From positions 37,220 to 101,219 of IMG/VR virus record IMGVR_UViG_3300047557_002442: a DNA stretch of 64,000 nucleotides; one strand, written 5' to 3'. The translations under genes and the position numbers were made by a program. Every line of letters starts with the position of its first letter. Within the stretch, counting starts at the first letter, position 1. Below the pieces are notes generated by a model, which searched no databases, was not told the DNA's origin, and saw only the letters and a program-made list of their open reading frames with translations. This document shows, piece by piece, positions 59,300-64,000 of the stretch. This DNA comes from a virus.

Positions 59300-59656
59300 A
59301 TGAAAAAGGTTCTAGTTTTACTCTTATTATCGCTAAATGCTATGGCAGTTGATTATAGCGATCACAAAGAACTCTATATGGCAAATGAAGCAGGTGGTGA
59401 AATTGTACTTACATTAGAACCCTGTGCATTTGCCGAAGCGAAGAAGCTTGGTTTTGAAAATAGATCATATGCTACTATTGCTGATGGTAGCATTAAGGAA
59501 GAGGGCTGCTGGCTTGCTCCAGATATGAAGGATGCTCCGCAAGTTCAAGGAATAGCTATTATTCCAATAGTAAACTTGTGGTACGATAATATAATCCTAC
59601 CGTTCCCTCAAAATATGTTTGAGCCACGATTACGAGCTCGAAAGGATACAATATGA
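59300..59656 (+). CDS. Secreted protein
   Basis: Signal peptide; IVLT..PC...EGCW. Confidence 0.55.
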   Translation: MKKVLVLLLLSLNAMAVDYSDHKELYMANEAGGEIVLTLEPCAFAEAKKLGFENRSYATIADGSIKEEGCWLAPDMKDAPQVQGIAIIPIVNLWYDNIILPFPQNMFEPRLRARKDTI

Positions 59657-59952
59657 GGGCAATAGCTTTTACTTTATTATTATCATTCTCAACTACTATA
59701 CTTGCTGATACATATCTCGTGTATGTTATCAATCAATATACAAGAGTTGTTTTAAATAAGCGTGAGTGTTTAGTTCCAGGATTGAATGGGAATGCTGCAG
59801 TTGTACAAAATGCTAAAGGACAATATATACAAGGTTGTTGGCATGTTGATCGTAACAACAGCAACCATGTTCGCATTGATTGGAATAATCCAGCAGCACC
59901 TGGCGACTTTAGCGTTATCGAAGCAAATAAATTTAATTCTGTTACAGAATGA
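59653..59952 (+). CDS. Secreted protein, likely paralogue of 59300
   Basis: Signal peptide; VVLN..EC...QGCW. Confidence 0.55.
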   Translation: MRAIAFTLLLSFSTTILADTYLVYVINQYTRVVLNKRECLVPGLNGNAAVVQNAKGQYIQGCWHVDRNNSNHVRIDWNNPAAPGDFSVIEANKFNSVTE

Positions 59953-60344
59953 TCTCCAATTAGAGACTAAATAAAAAGGTTTAGTCTTTTTTTGGAGGAA
60001 GTATGACAGAGTCGCATAAAAGAACCATAGCACGAGCTATCTGCTGGCGTATCGTAGCAACACTAATTACTGCTGCTTATACTGGTTTAGGTGGAGCTAT
60101 TATTATTAATGTTTGGATGACGTTAGCACACTATATACACGAGCGTGCTTGGTTGCGTTGGTCTTGGGGTAAAGCCTAATCTGTAGCGTGCTTTTCAATC
60201 CACATATTGATAAAAGCGTTTGCTTCAAATTCATCTTTGAAGAAGTTTGCAATTGATTCACGTGAGACGATGTTATACATCACTGCCATAATACCAGCTT
60301 CACTACTACTTAATTTTATAACCCAGTTGTGTATTCTTACTGGC

Positions 60345-60797
60345 TTAAGTGATATTAATTTGAATGTCTTTTTGCGCGCCATAGTACAACTCTAGTAATT
60401 GTTTTTCTCTTTCATATGCTTCGATCTCCCATGGTGCGTTGTCGTCATCACCTTCATACTTCTCACCACGGAATTTCATTACACCACGTTTTGACTCAAC
60501 AAGTTCTTGTAATGCATATTGTTTAACATGAACCATTTCATGAGCAAGTGTCTTTAGAATCTCTTCTTCATCTATATCTCGAAGTACTTCAACAACAAAA
60601 TCGATATCATACGAATCATAATTGATTAACTCTGTGAACCCATCTGCCTCTGAATCAAGGTCATTGAGGATATACACTGTAAGGCATATCTTGTCACGGG
60701 TTCTCTTCGGTATCAGGTGCTCAGCGAAAAACGTAACTGCTTTCATAAGCATCTTCTTCTGAGTCTTAGATCTGACACCTTTTATAGTTATGATCAT
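60345..60797 (-). CDS. HExxH zinc metalloprotease-like protein
   Basis: AHEMVHVKQY...PWEIEA. Confidence 0.7.
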   Translation of the reverse strand: MIITIKGVRSKTQKKMLMKAVTFFAEHLIPKRTRDKICLTVYILNDLDSEADGFTELINYDSYDIDFVVEVLRDIDEEEILKTLAHEMVHVKQYALQELVESKRGVMKFRGEKYEGDDDNAPWEIEAYEREKQLLELYYGAQKDIQINIT

Positions 60798-62161
60798 ACG
60801 AAGCTTTCGAACTTACCCTTCATGTCTCGTTTACCAAAGTCACTCTTATCAAAAACAGGTGTATCGTCAACAATATCATCTTGAGCAACTTGCTCTACAT
60901 TATAAAGTCTCATCTTACTTCTGTCAACACCTACAACAAACTTTCTATGCATTGCTGGATCGTTGTAACGGTTCTTTAATTGCTTAACCATAATCTGACC
61001 AAGGTCTTGTAGTTCTTCTGTACTAATCAAAGCAAACATGAAGTCTGCTGTTGCTGGAAGACCAAAGGACTCACTTGTATCTTCTAAACCAAGATCTGTA
61101 CTTGTGAAGCCAGCTCTTGTTGTTTGTGTTGCACTAACAATTGGTACACCAGCCTCTACTGCTAAGCCTCTTAGCTCTTCCGCAATAGATTTGATATAGG
61201 TATAACTATTTACATTACTTCCATATTTAAGTCTTGATGATGTACAAATGTTTAGATAGTCAATGTAAATGATATCAGGTGTAAATGCTCTCTTAATCTT
61301 TAGTTCGTTCAGTAAGTGTCTAAAGTGAGCTGCTCCAGCAGAAGCTGTTGGATACTCTTTGATAATTAGTTTACCTTTTGTTTTACTTCTGACACGTTCA
61401 ATCTTTTTCTCATACACATCTTTAGGTAGGATGGAAATAGTGTCCAATGGCTCATTAAGTAAGTTAGCATCAATACGTTCGGCAATCTTTTCCTCAGCCA
61501 TCTCTAATGTAATATAAAGAACGTTCAGGTTCTGCATTAGGTTTGTTGCAGCACAGTGACACATGAACAAAGACTTACCAACACCTGTACCAGCAAGAGC
61601 AATGTTTAATGTCTTAACTGGAATACCACCTTTAGTGATTGTGTTAAAGTAATCTAGATCAAATGGGACACGTTTCTCTGTAACGTGATAGAATTCATAA
61701 CGCTTCTCAAAGTCGTCAATGAAGTCGTGACCTACAGCTGTGTCGAATGATACAGCAAGTGCATCAGATAGAATCTCAGGGATAGCACCTTTGCTTGTTT
61801 TACCTTTACCATCAAGGATCTGAATAGATTCCATGATAGCATTATACACTGCTTTGTCTTGACAGAACTTCTCAGTTTGATCAATCAACCAATCTAAGTC
61901 AACTGGTTGTTCTTCGATCTCTTGAATCTTGGATCTAAGTTGTTTGTTCTCTTCTTCCGAGAGTCCAACAAAGTTATCAAGTTCAACATCAATTGCTACC
62001 TTAGTTGGTGGATTACCATACTTGTCGACATAGCTTACAATCAGATCAAACAGAACTTTCTCAATACGAGACTGGAAGTATTCTGTCTTTATGAATGGTA
62101 AAACTTTTCTAAGGTATTGCTCGTTATAAACTAATCCACTAAAGATTGCATTTTCAATCAT
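60794..62161 (-). CDS. 41: T4 gp41 replicative helicase
   Basis: AGTGVGKS, IDYLN, SATQTTR, ESFGLPATAD, KNRY. Confidence 0.95.
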   Translation of the reverse strand: MIENAIFSGLVYNEQYLRKVLPFIKTEYFQSRIEKVLFDLIVSYVDKYGNPPTKVAIDVELDNFVGLSEEENKQLRSKIQEIEEQPVDLDWLIDQTEKFCQDKAVYNAIMESIQILDGKGKTSKGAIPEILSDALAVSFDTAVGHDFIDDFEKRYEFYHVTEKRVPFDLDYFNTITKGGIPVKTLNIALAGTGVGKSLFMCHCAATNLMQNLNVLYITLEMAEEKIAERIDANLLNEPLDTISILPKDVYEKKIERVRSKTKGKLIIKEYPTASAGAAHFRHLLNELKIKRAFTPDIIYIDYLNICTSSRLKYGSNVNSYTYIKSIAEELRGLAVEAGVPIVSATQTTRAGFTSTDLGLEDTSESFGLPATADFMFALISTEELQDLGQIMVKQLKNRYNDPAMHRKFVVGVDRSKMRLYNVEQVAQDDIVDDTPVFDKSDFGKRDMKGKFESFV

Positions 62162-63182
62162 CTGTCATTCCACTTCCGTAACTGAATTCTTGTTTTGCTA
62201 CTTCTTCAATTCTATTCAGCACTTCCTCCGTGAAATATTCTTCTGGGTTACGTGTAATCTCTTTACCAAACACCTTACGGCCATCTGGTAACTCATATCG
62301 AGTTGAGCTCTTAGTAAAGATACCATACTTTTCTGCTAAGTCAATCAATCCGTAGTAACGATCTAAGCCTTTGTCGTAAGTAAGTAACACTTCGACCTGT
62401 CCATTTTCTTTTGAGAGTCTTGACTTGAACATCTTGACTTTGATGATGTTTCCGATAACTTCATCTCCGTCTTTTTCTTTCTTTTTGCTGAGCATTGCAA
62501 TAGTGCTGGCAGCATACTTGAGTCCTGTACCACCTGATATCTCCTTCGTTGGAACATATGAACCTACAACCTCGTACACATGGTTGGTAACTAACATAGG
62601 TACTCTAACCTTTGCTAGCTTCAACGTTAGTACTCGGAATGTAGCCTTAATTACCTGTGACTTAGTCATGTCACGAGTATCCTTGCCTTCTAAACTATCT
62701 TCCATCTCTTTGGATGTAGATAGTAAGCCAAGACTGTCAAGAACAAACATCATTGGTGGACGTTTGTCTTCTGGTTCCTTCTCATAGGCATCGATCATCT
62801 TCAATGCATGAGTTTTAAATTTCTGAATAGTATCAGGTTCTGCTAGGATGACCCGAGTAGTATCAATACCACGTGACTCCATCATTTGTTTGGTTACAGC
62901 AGCCTCTGTATCGTAGTAAACTACTCCTCCTGTTGGGTTCTTCTCAAGGAAGGCTCTAACGACACCAAGGACGAAAAAAGTTTTACCAGTAGCGGACTCT
63001 CCTGCAAATGCAGTAATCTTATTATCAGGTATGCCGCCAAAGATGCTGCCTGAGAGAGCAGCGTTGAGAGCATAGCTGCCAGTATCAATAAAACCCCCAA
63101 ACTCAGCACTACCAGTGCCGTCAGAGGCAATGCAAGTATCCTCATCTTTTATAGTCTCCACTAAATTTCTAAAAAAGCTCAT
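62154..63182 (-). CDS. uvsX: UvsX RecA-like recombinase
   Basis: GESATGKT, YDTE, LDSLG, NHVY, GG.GLKYAAS. Confidence 0.95.
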   Translation of the reverse strand: MSFFRNLVETIKDEDTCIASDGTGSAEFGGFIDTGSYALNAALSGSIFGGIPDNKITAFAGESATGKTFFVLGVVRAFLEKNPTGGVVYYDTEAAVTKQMMESRGIDTTRVILAEPDTIQKFKTHALKMIDAYEKEPEDKRPPMMFVLDSLGLLSTSKEMEDSLEGKDTRDMTKSQVIKATFRVLTLKLAKVRVPMLVTNHVYEVVGSYVPTKEISGGTGLKYAASTIAMLSKKKEKDGDEVIGNIIKVKMFKSRLSKENGQVEVLLTYDKGLDRYYGLIDLAEKYGIFTKSSTRYELPDGRKVFGKEITRNPEEYFTEEVLNRIEEVAKQEFSYGSGMTDD

Positions 63183-63361
63183 TATATCTCCTTAAAAGGG
63201 TGCTGGCTCAAAGTTGTTCCAATCGATAGCAGATTCAACAGGAACCCGCTCAAGTGTCCAACCTTCACGCTTGCTTATGTAGTGACGTGCTTCCGCTCTA
63301 CTATAGAACGAACGCATACGATCTCCAAACTCATCAACTGCAAAGTATTTGTATTTTGGCA

Positions 63362-64000
63362 TTATTTGAATGTTACTAAAGAATCTTTATCAATCTCAAT
63401 TATACCAGATTTCTGATCATTAATCAACTCTAATTCTTTTTTTCTATCAAAGCCTGTGTATGCTGCTAGGAATAAAATCACTGCTAATGGATCAAAGACA
63501 GACACAATCAACATAATAACCCATCTCACAGCTTTTTCTAAATCAGAGGCTGTACTATCTTCTTTAAATAGCTGAGCAATGTATTTAATTGGTCCTACTT
63601 CTGCATCCTGCTTCAGTGACTCTTTACGGAGGGGAAGTGATTTTAAATTCAATTCTTTGATTTGTTTTGACGCGTCGGAGATTTCCGAGTTCGCTTTGCT
63701 ACGTTCTCTTGCTTGGGACTTTCTGATATTGACGGCTTTTTCGGGCTCTGTTTGGTCCACAAGCCTGTCCATAGATTCAATAGTTTTTTGAGCATTTGCT
63801 ATCCTTTTCTTTTCTGAGTCTATTTGTTGATCAATCAACTTTAACTCTATTGATGTGTCTCCAGCACCTACTGTTTGATCAATGTGTGCCTTTGATAAAA
63901 ATCCAAATGTTCCCATACTTGTAATAAACATTAAAATTACAATGGAAACAATGAGATATGACTTCATATAAAGTGGACATACTTTCCAATGTCTATGAAG
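63362..64000 (-). CDS. Membrane protein with coiled coil (start lies beyond the window end)
   Basis: ITSMG.FGFLSKAH, EVGPIKYIA, FDPLAV motifs. Confidence 0.6.
   Translation of the reverse strand, partial: LHRHWKVCPLYMKSYLIVSIVILMFITSMGTFGFLSKAHIDQTVGAGDTSIELKLIDQQIDSEKKRIANAQKTIESMDRLVDQTEPEKAVNIRKSQARERSKANSEISDASKQIKELNLKSLPLRKESLKQDAEVGPIKYIAQLFKEDSTASDLEKAVRWVIMLIVSVFDPLAVILFLAAYTGFDRKKELELINDQKSGIIEIDKDSLVTFK

Overview
A 64 kb segment of an AT-rich T4-like (Tevenvirinae-related) myophage genome, read almost entirely on the minus strand. Spanins, lipoproteins and curli-export genes imply a Gram-negative host. Order along the window: (i) replication and nucleotide genes (exonuclease, rnh, RuvC-like, nrdAB, thyX, gp61 primase; gp41 helicase and uvsX at the far end) with a heptose/nucleotide-sugar cluster and lysis genes; (ii) a late block of virion proteins, several His-rich and carrying T4-type capsid-targeting N-termini, including a ligase-fold protein, a HAD phosphatase and a nucleotidyltransferase polyprotein; (iii) a G/C-tract repeat region at 27.6-28.3 kb; (iv) about 10 kb of small early genes separated by a near-identical 30 bp promoter element; (v) 27 tRNA genes covering all 20 amino acids, interspersed with structured RNA candidates and two free-standing endonucleases; (vi) the only large plus-strand operon, encoding CsgF/CsgG-like export proteins, two curlin-repeat proteins, a FecR protein and a CHASE2 adenylate cyclase. 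The two best candidates for an undescribed system are a 40-codon leader peptide using 35 different codons, coupled to an antiterminator/terminator pair and a boxA upstream of the tRNA array (an apparent general tRNA-depletion attenuator), and the curli-FecR-cyclase signalling operon. All calls come from manual reading and motif recognition; no searches or folding programs were run.
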